Shown: positions 11,401 to 22,080 of the stretch, one piece after another
Layout: every line of letters starts with the position of its first letter
Position numbering within the stretch: the first letter of the stretch is position 1
NCBI RefSeq assembly: GCF_046119375.1
Contig: NW_027362767.1
Coordinates: forward strand, 265,794,001 to 265,858,000
Reading direction: 5' to 3'
Length of the DNA: 64,000 nt
Source of the DNA: Phyllobates terribilis
Taxonomy: Eukaryota
Notes under the pieces: generated by a model
Databases searched by the model: none
Seen by the model: the letters and a program-made list of their open reading frames with translations, nothing else
What the model was told of the DNA's origin: nothing
Program-made: the position numbers and the translations under genes

Positions 11401-14400
11401 ATCCCGGTACACGGTGGGTCTTGCTGGGTGATCCCAGTACACGGTGGGTCTTGCGGGGTGTTCCCTGGTCTTGTGGGGTGCTCCCAGTACACGGTGGGTC
11501 TTGTGGGGTGCTCCCAGTACACGGTGGGTCTAGTGGCGTGATTACGGTACAAGGCGGGTCTTGCGGGGTGATTACCTTACAGGGCCGATCTTGCGGGTGT
11601 GTTCCCAGTATACAATGTGAAGGCATTGTGTGGATGTGACACGCACCATCTACCAAACATTGTACGGCCCTCCCTTCTCTCTCAGCATGGTAATGTTCGG
11701 TCACTCCTCTCTGTGATGCGCTGGGGTATTGCACTTTATTTGATTGCTTCTGAATATTGCAGCCTTTATATGTTACTTCCATGTATATTTTTTTTTTTTA
11801 TGTCCACAATAGAAAATTTCAGCATTGCATGTGGCCGGAGAGGAGCTGCTACAAGAGGTAGAGGTCACATTAAGGACCCTCCAGCGTCTCCCCCAGCCCG
11901 GGCCTCCTACAGCAAAGATCTTGGAGTCTGGCTCCGTTGTGGTGGCCTGGAAGGAATATAGACCCCACAGTGGCCTGACTGTCACTTACAGGTCAGAAGA
12001 GATTCATTAGTCCTCCATGCTGAGAAACTTATGCTCCAATCACATCCAAAGCTGCATTCCCATTTCCATTTTTTTTCACATTGTGGTCAGTCATGGGTTA
12101 AAACTAAGATACAGAGTCCAGACATACTGCAGACTTGGTCAGGGCAGCCGCTGTCTGGATCTTTACATTTTGCTGAAGCTAGAGAAGAAAATATTTAGAA
12201 TCAATAATTTTTCCTTATTTTTATATCATTTTTACACTGCGGTCCCATTTCCAAGACAAAGTTTTAAAAAAAAGAGCTGCTGCTATTCAGTTTGAATGCA
12301 GCTGTGGGTGTGACTGGAGTATATTCCAATATTAGTAAGTATAACTTTTACAAAGTTTCCTGAGCTCATGAACTATGAAGCAGGAGAGGAGAGCCCCCTG
12401 CCTCTGTCCCCCACACACGGTGTCCACTCCCTAATTTATGTGTTCCCCTTCTGTCCGCAGCCTGTATGATGGTGACCGGCTCCTTTACAGAGGACCTTCC
12501 TTCTCGCATGTCATACCTCGCTGCACCCCCGGCCACCATCCTCTGAAAGTTGTCCTGGAAACTGAAGGAGACCGTAGCCCGGCCAGCCCCCTCGCCCTGG
12601 TGACGGTGGAGGAGCCGCTGCCCGGATGCCCCACAGATTTCCAAGTCACGGGACGCACGGTCACAAAAGTAAAGTTGTCCTGGAACCCGCCGGCCGGCTC
12701 CGGCCCAGGGATTAAATATGCGGTGTATAGAGAGGACCACCTTGAGGAGACCACCTCCGATGTGACCTGTATTGTGGCCGGCCTGGCCCCTGCCACTTCG
12801 TACACCTTCAGCGTATGTTCCTGCAACTCCAGGGGGCACAGTCCAAGAGTCGCTGTGGTCACCCGGACTATGGACGGAGGAGACCACGCTCCGGACAGAC
12901 TCACGGTCTACGTGGTCGGGCGCAGCGAAATGTTCATCACCTGGGAGGGGCCCAAGGACCCCGTTGGCAGGTTTTTCAATTACGAACTGAGCCTGAACGG
13001 GAAGTCTGTGTATCTAGGGACAGAGCGCTCGTTCACCGCCCGGCGCCTGACGCCCAGCACTGAGTACACCTGCACTGTATGCTCCATCACCAGCGAAGGC
13101 CGCCACGAGAGCCGCCCTGTCACCAAGAGGACCGCCAGGGATGAATACACCAACCTAAACAAGTATGTGGCTTTCCACCCACGCCGGGTAAGATACATAC
13201 ACGGCTCATACACCCAGCCCCGCAGTTATGTCAGCGACATGATCAAGATTTTCATCCTCTGGATGTAAATTAAGAAAAAAACAACTAAATTCTCCATTCG
13301 CTGACAGCAAGCAGAGATATTGTAGAGTAAGGAAGGCGATTAGAAAGTTGAATGTTTTTTTAAGCCCATTATCCCCTTAATGACTGGCAATAACCCTTGC
13401 CATGGCGGTCATTAAAAGGTAGGTGATAACTTGCTTTTTGGTGGGCTCTGAGATGCCACATCTGTATGGAGGGGTGGCCACGTCTGAATGAAGGGGTGGC
13501 CACATCTGCTGCACATTTCTTTGCTCATTGTCTATGGGACGGTCAGGGGGAAAAAACGAGCGCTTTACTCCGCTATCTCCGGAAATGAATGAAACACCGC
13601 TCCATTACATCGGGGCATATCAGAGCCCTGTTTTGGGATCGGAGGGGGTCCCTGTGGTCGGACCGTCGACAATAAGATTCTAAGGGGCCTAATTACACAG
13701 CACCCTGTTATTACCATGGAATAATCGCTGTATGGGTGTCCCCTCCCGCCCGGAGCAGGAGCTCGGCTCCCTAATGATTACCAAGTTGCTGCTCCGCGAT
13801 CGAAGGAACTTCCAATCCCTGCTGTTTATCCTTTTCATTGCCATGGTCAAGCTTGACTATGTCATGCTTAAAAAGGTCTCGGTTTCCCTTCCCTCCCGAT
13901 CACACCAACGGGGACCTAAGAAAAGACGCAGAGCTGAAATGCTGAAAAAGAAAAAGCGTAAAAAGAAAAGATGCAGAGCTGAAATGTTAAAAAAGAAAAA
14001 ACGTAAAAAGAAAAGACGCAGAGCTGAAATGCTAAAAAAGCAAAACCATAAGGGGGAAAAAAAATTGTTGGTCATTAAATGGTTAATACCCGGTCACATA
14101 TCCCCCCCCCCCATCTTCTCATATCAATTAGCATTAATCCCAGCAGTGGTTTCCAATAAGAAATCTGATTGCGTATAATCCCCTCACATCCACTTTAAGA
14201 ATAAGCCTCCATCCATAAAGCAGGCGAGGATTAATCCGTCATCTGGATCAGACTGTGAAAATGATCCAGATTCTACCAGATGGATGTTATTACAGAGCCA
14301 CACTCGACGTCGGGCTGCGTTTACTGGTTTCCTGCAAAAAAATTAAAATGAATTATGCTCTGGAAACCGTCAGCAAGCAGGATTTTTAACAAAGACGTTT

Positions 14401-17337
14401 TAGGAAACTTTCCTAAGTATAAGAAATGGTATAAAACAATCCCCGCGTCCTGTCCATCACAGCGCTCCAATCACCTGGCCAACGTGCGCTTGTCGCCTAA
14501 ATGGGGCCATCACAGGACCACACACCCTTACATTTGAATCTACCCCAGAGACATGGCTGCACATTTAAAGGCACAGCACTCATAATAAATAAATAAATCT
14601 TCCATGCAAAAGAGAGTGCGTTCTCAGTCCTTCCACACTTGCTGATGGTTTCCATTTCTCTCTAGTGCAAAGGTAAAAAAGAAAAATACCTAAACACAAC
14701 GTGACAAAGACAAAAAAAAAAGATTCATGACCGTAGAGGCAGATATAGCAAGGACCTGATCTGATATTTTTTTTGGGATAGAAACCAAATAGGGGGCTCT
14801 CGCCACACATCGGGCGCACCACCGGCAGAGGCGACCGATCAGAGCGAGAAACCGTCCAGGAGAAGCTCTCTCACCAAGAGCCAGGGCGTGCGGATGCTGG
14901 TGAGCAAGCAGACGAGCAGAACCAAACGAGACAACAAAGCCGTCTCCACCAGAACACGGTAGGTGACCATCACGGTGCAGCATCGGGGATACAACTATCT
15001 GGGGATGACGTATTCTCTTTTCTGTGTAGGAGAGATTCCGATGTATCCTGGACGGCAGAAACCAACGACTGCCCTGTGACCGGTCAGTCACTTGTGATCA
15101 AGGTAAAAGTGTGCAAATGTACAGCTTGTAATCCTGTGGGGAGAAAATAATCTGCAGCACAAGTGCTGGAGAATCCGGCCTTTAAGGGGTTGTCCTAGCT
15201 GTATTCTGGTATGATATGGAAGCATAGAGGGAGTTACTATCTCATACCCTTTTTTCTTTACTTTAACCAGCCTCCTTCACTCAGCGACGTAACGCCGGGA
15301 CTATCGAGCAAAAACATCAAAAAGGAGAACAAAAAATGTCTCGAACAGACAGAAAACTGCTACGACAAGTCAGAGAGGGATCCTGCTGCCATCGCCGGCC
15401 CGAAGGTACAACATAAAGTTATAATCATTTATACCATTTATCTGTCATCTGCGTATTATATGTGAGCAACTCCAGAAAACTTACTCCAGTCACATCCAGA
15501 GCTGCACTCAAAATTCTGCTCACGTGGTCACACAGTCTGTGGACTAGGAGGTGCTTTCAATGGCATCTCACAAAATGCTGTGCCCTGCTTCAAAGGAACT
15601 CTGCTCAGTTGTTTTGGCTGCAGCTTTGGATGTGATTGGAGGAGACAACTTTTTTTTAAATGAAATAAGTAAATTTCTAGAAGAAAAAAAAAAGTAGATT
15701 AGAGCCAGATATTTGCAATTTTATGACGGGAATAAAACACGGACAGGATGCACACAGGTTTTGGAAGTGGACACTGCTGGATTTTGGTCGTCACCATTAC
15801 GTTTTTTATTGTTTTGCAGCCTGCAAAGCAGAAGACCCCGGACATCACCCCAGTCCAGACCACCACAGCTGCAGTCCAGACCACCACAGCCGACACCAAA
15901 AAGCCACAAAGCGCGTCTGGATTTCGGCTGACGCCTATCGCCTCTCTCTGTAGCCTGGAGCCCGAATATTTACTGAGCAGCAGGGCCAAGACAGACAGTG
16001 ATCTGACCAGGCCGGACCACCCGGACGGGCCCGCACCACCCAAGTGGGTTTACTGCAGACACATATAACATGTATACACTGCAGGGTCTGAAGGGCGGAC
16101 TACTCCTCTGTGTGCGGACCTGGAGTGGGCTCCATCGAGCACCCAGTATGCACTGATGAGAGTTGTTGTCCCGTTCCTGCTGACTATAACTGCTGCTGAA
16201 TTTGCACTGCTGTAAACTACTTTCTCCTCACTTTAGCAAAAAGCTGCTGGGATCTGTAGTTCCAAAGATATATAAATTGGTTGACAGATACTATTTTTTT
16301 TCTATTCCAGCCTCTTCCAGGATTGTTCCAGGGTGTCGGATAAAGACAGATGCATCACTCAGAAGAAAGCGCTGCAGCCGGTGCGAGGTGAGGCGTCCGC
16401 ATGCAACCACCTAAAATCTGTCCAAAATATTCAACCAAATTGGTTCAGTTCATAGTCGTCTCTCCGGCTTCCATTCCCGGCAGATCCCATCGTGCGGTAC
16501 AGACACAGGAGCCTGAAGGCCAATGCTTGGGACTTCACGGACGCTTTAACCAGCAGAGAGAAAATACTGTGCAAGTTTTCTGCCACGTGTCCCCTGACTC
16601 CTACCGAGGAAGCCTTGTCCAACCTATCCAACATGTCCCAGGGCCTGGTGCGCAGAGGCAGCCTCTTATCGCGCCGTGCTGGTGAGACGCCATGTTTGTT
16701 CACAGCAAAAAAAAAGTTACTTCTTTTATGATGGCAGCCTGTGAGACGTGTTGCAGTAGCTGTTGGGCAGTGGGGTATGGCCGGAGTTCTTCCCGGGGTG
16801 GACCGATATGGAGGTCTGATCACGTAATGTTACGGGCCTGAGGCTGCACTGCTGGGAGATTCTGACATTTTGCCTTTCCGTTCCCTATGGTGTGGTCATA
16901 GAGACCCCAAATCAACACTGTCTTTGTGCACACAAGACCCAGATCCGTAGGGGACGCGTTCTGAATGGTTATAATGCCTCCGTGTTTTCCTCTCCAGGTC
17001 ACAGTGACGGCAGACGTCATTCCTGGTCTCACCTCCGCTCCGAACTGTCATCTCTCCACGATCTGAAGAGCATGGAAGCAAAATCTGTGGAATCGCTGCG
17101 AGGCCCAAGGTAGGAGAAAAGAGATCCGCTGGCACCTGCCAAAAAGTTGCCAGGCATGCAAGACCCCCAATAAAAAAAATAAATAGAAAATTGTTGTTTT
17201 TATTTCTTAGGAGCAATCCATCTGTATCCAGAACTTTCCAAAAGGATGTTCACGTCCTAATTGCAGACTCAGGAGTGACCTTCCGCCTCCCGCCTGCCCC
17301 CGTCCGCCTCCCTCAGAGGGTCCATCCCCACCACTGA
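5433..17337 (+). CDS. Uncharacterised armadillo-repeat + 3x fibronectin type III protein with Ser/Arg/Lys-rich tail (at least 1001 aa)
   Basis: Sixteen GT-AG exons with continuous phase: 5433(ATG 5440)-5657, 7677-7857, 8935-9166, 9482-9576, 9802-9998, 10312-10390, 11813-11991, 12461-13162, 14782-14958, 15030-15102, 15271-15405, 15820-16043, 16311-16387, 16484-16681, 16998-17109, 17211-17337(TGA). Total 3006 nt from ATG 5440 with no internal stop. ARM helix-3 motifs: SNVAYILG, MNAAGALG, SNCALVLA, LNAAFTLG, RNACFALT, WFAAITVK. FN3 motifs: LSWNPP..Y..GLAPATSYTFSV and ITWEGP..Y..LTPSTEYTCTV. The 5' end is unresolved. Confidence 0.85.
6545..6685. repeat. Short ~32 bp tandem repeat (about 4 copies)
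   Basis: CCCCCGGTGTATAATGTCTGGCCCCATCGCC-like units. Confidence 0.6.
6690..6860 (+). mobile_element. Highly degenerate Tc1-like transposase fragment
   Basis: TTTGGGGAAGACCCTTTTCTG...GACTGTGCCCAGTGCATAAG...GCACAAAGCCCGGACCTCAGCCCCATC resembles the Tc1 FQHDxAPxH...WPAQSPDLNPIE region with frameshifts. Confidence 0.5.
7945..8685. repeat. 97-bp satellite family copies (TATTATACTCCAGAGCTGCACTCACTATTCTGCTGGTGCAGTCACTGTG...), interrupted by a MITE
   Basis: The same unit occurs at about 24600-24830 (both orientations) and as a clean array at 63010-63462. Confidence 0.8.
8078..8389. mobile_element. hAT-superfamily MITE (312 bp)
   Basis: Perfect 11-bp TIR CAGGGCTGTGG...CCACAGCCCTG; perfect 8-bp TSD GGTGCAGT at 8070-8077 and 8390-8397. 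Confidence 0.85.
9626..9722. repeat. 33-bp tandem repeat, about 3 copies
   Basis: CCCAAGTGTCAGGTCGCCTCTCCCCGGCCGTCC units (PSVRSPLPGRP periodicity in the ORF track). Confidence 0.8.
11205..11610. repeat. 30-bp minisatellite with 60-bp dimeric structure
   Basis: CCCGGTACACGGTGGGCCTTGCGGGGTGTT alternating with GCCTGTATATGGCGGGCCTTGCGGGGTGAT. Confidence 0.85.
13369..14086. mobile_element. Probable TTAA-type (piggyBac-like) non-autonomous element containing a 48-bp A-rich repeat x3
   Basis: Left end CCCCTTAATGAC (13373) and right end GTCATTAAATGGTTAA (to 14086) form imperfect inverted termini. Internal repeat at 13920-14045. Confidence 0.5.
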
Positions 17338-17988
17338 CATCACTCACCTCCCCTTTAATTTTAGGGTAACCCAACACCTATACCTCCCATAATCGGGGGC
17401 AGGGATCCGTGTGCTCTGGTGTCACCAGCTGCTGTAACCCGTCATTACAGGAACAAAGCGACTCGAAGGTGGCCGGTGATGACTGCAATAGCTTGAACCA
17501 GAGCTAGAGCAATGCCAAAAGCAAGAAGGGGCTTCTAGAGGAACCTGCACTCAATGTCTCTCCGGTACCCCAATATAAATCCTGGGTAACAATATGGCTG
17601 TCACCCAACTTTCCCAGGTTCCTGAAATATACATATGAATGAACAAATAATTCTGGGCATTCCAAGAATATGGCATCCGCTCAGCCTGGCAGAATATAGG
17701 GTTCCCCATCCAGCACCTGAACACTTGTTGGGGAGAGGGGGAAGGGGCAACAGGACATTTGGCCAAGGAGCCCAGGATTATTCCACAGCGACTTCGACCT
17801 GCTGCAGAGAAGACAGAAGGTGCTGTGATCTTGTGCTGCCACCAGACGGCACTGTGGAGGCATAATCCCCCAGAACAGCCTCTTATCCGTGCGCGGCTTC
17901 ATTACCATCATAATGGACATTTCCAGCTTTGGAGATGATTATTTTACAAATGCAACAAAAATTAGAAGGAACTTAAATAGCAAAAATA

Positions 17989-17994
17989 TTTATT
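17989..17994 (-). terminator. Putative COQ4 polyadenylation signal (AATAAA on minus strand)
   Basis: TTTATT on the plus strand; the only canonical hexamer I found between the COQ4 stop (18369) and the neighbouring stop (17337). Confidence 0.55.
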
Positions 17995-18014
17995 TTCTTT
18001 AATGTAGAAACTTC

Positions 18015-18020
18015 AATAAA
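18015..18020 (+). terminator. Putative polyadenylation signal of the ARM-FN3 gene
   Basis: First AATAAA I found downstream of the TGA at 17337. Confidence 0.55.
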
Positions 18021-18368
18021 AATCACAGATTATCTATAAACAAGCAGAGGACAACCCCCACCTATTATCAGGAGATTGGGGGTCTCGGAGACCGCTGTGT
18101 GAACGGAGAGGTAGGGAGCATGTGCGACCATGGTCTATAGGAGTGGTGGTCACACAGCGGACTCCGGGGGTCGCAGCGATCGGACCTCCATACAATCATC
18201 CTATGCAGCAATAGGACCCCTACTACAGGGGGTCCTAATATACAAAGGGAGAAATCTGCAGTGAAAAAAGTCAGTAGACCTCCACAGGGCGGTCCATGTT
18301 ATTTCTTAGCAGCGTGTGGATGACATCTTTGCTCTCTATGGGAGGATGAGTGTCAGCGATGGGACCGA

Positions 18369-21263
18369 TCAGACCCTGATAGCGGGAGGGGGCAGGATTC
18401 CGATCTCTTCTCTCAGGGACGCCACCGTCTGCTCCCATCGATTCTCATAGTAAAAACTAAGAACGCAGCGGGCATCGCGCCCACTCTGCACGGCCCAGGG
18501 CACCAAATCAAGCAATTTCCTCTTCCTCCTGAAAAGAAAAAAAAACCTATTATACGCAGGGTGCACCGGATATCGTTACAGCTGACCACTATGGGTGTGA
18601 ATAAGGCCCAATCCATGGGGAGGTGATCTATGTAAGATTGTGGGGGGTCCTGGATGCCACTACCCCATTCACAGTCTATGTGAGTGGTGGTATAGACCTC
18701 CTGCTTCTCACAGCTGAAGATTCGCTACAGCTGCATCCAGTCTAAACAATCTTCCCAGGGCAAAACACATGAGCAAAAGTAATCTCTCTCTCCTGTCCGG
18801 GCAGTTCCTGTATATAGAGGACCCTAGTAAGAAGTAGTTATATATGGGGCAGGTGATAACTACTAGATCAGTGTGGGTCTGACCACTGAGACCCCAAATG
18901 ATGACAGACTTCATTACCCTGAGTGAATGGGCCCACTTCCTGATGATCTTCTGTACGGAATCAAGAACATTCCCATTCACTGACAGCAAGCAGAGTTTGT
19001 GAAAGTCTATTAGAAAGTTGCAAAACTTTACTTAATAATTAGCCCAAAAACTCTTTGCTCTTTAGCCCATCCTGACAGGGCATCGTTGTAAAGACCATGC
19101 TACCGGGAGGGTTTGGGTACAAGAGCTGTGCCCGTCTGCGGTGGGCGATATGCCACTGTGCTCCTACCTGGCGCTGAGGCGTAGAGGTCCAAACACAGCT
19201 CCCAGCATGCACATTGGCAGCCCGGTCTGCACGGCTTCAAACCACTTCACTACGACTTCCCCTGAAGGGAGAACAGAACGTGATCAGCAGCGCCACAACG
19301 TCTTATCTGCCTCTGGACGGCTCGAGATGCCCCCGGACAGCTCAGATCTCACCTAGCATGTTGGTGGGCATCCCCAGCAGGGTGTGCAGGAGGTCGTGCA
19401 CTTCTCGGTATCGCTGAGCCACATACGCCAGCTCCTCGTCATCCACAAACTTCACCGGCATGCGGGTGTCAGGGGTGACACGCTGCAGCAAACGCGACAT
19501 TCATTCATTAGAGGCGATACAAATAAAAAGATCGGCAGGCTGCGCACACTTTGGATATGATTGGAGTAGAAGACCTGACAAGTCGATCATCATCATCCCC
19601 TAAATCACATTGTTAAAGTGACAGCGCACTTACATTGACATCCAGGAACCTGGCGTACTCTCTGCCGAACGTCCCATCAGGCAGCGCTCTGAACCGCTCC
19701 ATATCCAGGGTAGACATGCGGATACGGGGGCGCTCCCTGAGGGGAAAAGGCAGAGCCAGCGGATGAAGAATCCAAACAGCTGACTTATACTACTTCCGTT
19801 ACATCCAGAGCTGCAATCACAATGCTGCTGCCAGCGAAACTGGCTACTGAACATCTCGTAGTGAACAAGCAGCAGAGCAGAACTTTGCACGCAGCTCTGG
19901 ATGTAATTGGAGCACAAGATGAAATGTGACACCCTATATATCATGGGATAACGCACTGTAGGACCTGCATCCCCTCTGGGTCTTTGCTCATTTTTTCGTA
20001 CAGGTTCTGCAGAGCCAGGGTGCCAGTGGTTTCCCCGAGAACGGCGATCATATCTGCAGATTTCAGAGAGAAACATAAGAATTATTGTCAACCATGTGTG
20101 AAAGCAGAAGTGAAACAGCAACTATGGATCAAACAGCGCTGTGCCCCACTATATACTGTACAATGCCATGCTGGGAGCCGCTATAATCTGCATGGTGCCA
20201 TGCTCCGCTCCACACTGTGCGCTGCCACACTCTAGGGTGCGAGGCGCCATCCTCCTCTCCACACACTATCCTGTACTTCACCTACCTCCGTGGGCCAATA
20301 GCTGCACAATTATATAAATTAAAAAATATGTAACTAACTAGTGCTAATTAAGAATCCTACCGTTTAATGTCTGCAGCTCCTGTGCAAATCGATGCATCAC
20401 CCTGGTTACAGACAAACCCTCTGTAGTCTGACCCTACAGTCCTTCTCCCTGACCAAATAAGTTATTAGCATGAAATAAGTGACAGATGAAAGACGAGTCA
20501 GACTACACAGGACTTGTCCATAGTCTGTAACCATCGAGCTGCATAGATGTGCACAGGGGCTGCAGACACAAAACGGTAGGGGCTATTGTGTGTGATCAGA
20601 GTGTCGGGCAGATTATTACCATGTCTGTAGGGGTCATATAAAGACATAAAGGCGGAGCCGGCGGACAGCAGCAGCTTCTGCAGCGCGGTGGTGGGAATGT
20701 GGTGTGGGTACAGGACTGGCGGTTCCCGGATCTGCGAGATGGATTCATGGTCTCCGGGGGGATCCACTGATGCAATGTGATGGGTCTGGGTACAGCGGAC
20801 GCCTGTGAGGAGAGACAGTGACAGATCAGGATCAAACTAGACATGGGGGTCCCAGGGGCCACCGATCTCCACACATGTACGGCCCTGTGATCTTGCTGCT
20901 GAAATGGCCGGGATTGAAGATGTCTCTGATCCCGGGCATTTAATACCTTAGATGCTGCAGCACTAGTGATCAGAGCAGGTGACCGGTCCTCAGCATCACT
21001 CTGCACTAAATCCCCTCTTAGACCTCAAGAAAAAATGTAAAAAAAAAAAATATATAAATCTAAAAAAAAATTAAAAGTAAGAAAAACAAAACTGTTTTCT
21101 CATTGGAATCTCTGCCGGCTTTGGCCCCTCTGCAGAGAGATCATAGGAGCCCCAGGGTCAGGCTGAAGGTTATAGGGACTTCACCTTGGAGGAGGGAAGG
21201 GAAACCTGCAGCAGCTCTCAGGGTCCTCCAAGCAGGAGATGGCAGCAGCCCCCTCACCAACAT
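18369..21263 (-). CDS. COQ4: Ubiquinone biosynthesis protein COQ4, mitochondrial (281 aa)
   Basis: Exons 21263-21185, 20802-20620, 20053-19957, 19736-19634, 19482-19353, 19261-19168, 18528-18369 (846 nt). Contains [38 protein letters not shown] (HDxxH..E metal motif), [17 protein letters not shown] and YYENRWEQ. Internal exon sizes 97/103/130/94 match recalled human boundaries. Exon 1 ([20 protein letters not shown]) looks like a mitochondrial presequence and is the least certain exon. Confidence 0.95.
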
Positions 21264-22080
21264 CCCGGCCACTCCCAGCGCACGCTGGGGTTTGTAGTTC
21301 AGCCCTAGGGACCTAAGGTTTCTCCTTATGGAGAGTGACAAGCGAGGCTCGTTATAGAGGAGCTATTATTGAATTCTAGGATCGCTGCTTCCTATAGGTG
21401 GGGCTAGAGTTCTGGTCCTCTTCCTCTCTGCACAGACAATTTGCATAGTTCAGCCCTATAATAAAGTACACAGCTCGGTTACGGCTACCAACAACGGTCA
21501 AAACAAAAAAAGCGAAACTTCCAGCCACATGTGTCAGCCCCTGGAACATCAGCAGCAAGCCCTGCTGGTAAGGGTTAATGTTTACAAGCTTCTTACATCA
21601 GCCAGTAGAGTTAGAGTGTGGCAGCGCTCCTAACCAATCAGAATTCAGCTGGTCATTACTTTTAATCCAATCAGCAGCAGAGAACAACCAGCCAATCACC
21701 ACAGAGCGTTCTACCGTTACAGCCAATGAGCGTCTTCGTTAGTCCTAAGCATCAGCCTTCCAGATCTTTCCCCAGGAATTAGCCAATGCGGAGAGCCTGG
21801 AGGCATTCCCCCAATCAGCGCTTGGTTCTACACTGATTGATGGCTGTTGTGACAAACCAGATGGCAGAGGAGGCGGGGTTTGCAGGTTTGTCGCCCGTCG
21901 GACAGTGTTAGGGGTTTGTTTGTTAGTGTGAAACGTCTGCTGAGGTAAAGACGAGACATGGCGGAGAGCGACTGGGACACCGTGACCGTGCTGCGGAAGA
22001 AGGGCCCGACGGCGGCGCAGGCCAAGTCTAAACAGGTATGGTGAGGACTACGACTCCCAGCAGCGGACGTCACGTGTCGC
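21264..22080. promoter_or_regulatory. COQ4/EDF1 bidirectional promoter: six CCAAT boxes and two ACTAYRNNNCCCR motifs
   Basis: CCAAT at 21634, 21667, 21692, 21723, 21783 and 21811. ACTACAAACCCCA on minus at 21298-21286 and ACTACGACTCCCA on plus at 22047-22059. GACGTCACGTG near 22066. CpG-rich around the EDF1 ATG. Confidence 0.75.

Noticed and set aside
12366-13213. Minus-strand ORFs of 173, 139 and 77 aa
   Set aside because: Antisense shadows of the GC-rich FN3 exon.
13732-14178. Lys/Arg-rich 148-aa ORF with NLS-like runs
   Set aside because: Produced by a 48-bp A-rich repeat inside a probable transposon within an intron.
21828-22073. COQ4 start sharing the CATG palindrome (21957-21960) with the EDF1 ATG
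   Set aside because: The frame stops at 21828 with no convincing donor; exon 21263-21185 gives a phase-correct, presequence-like start.
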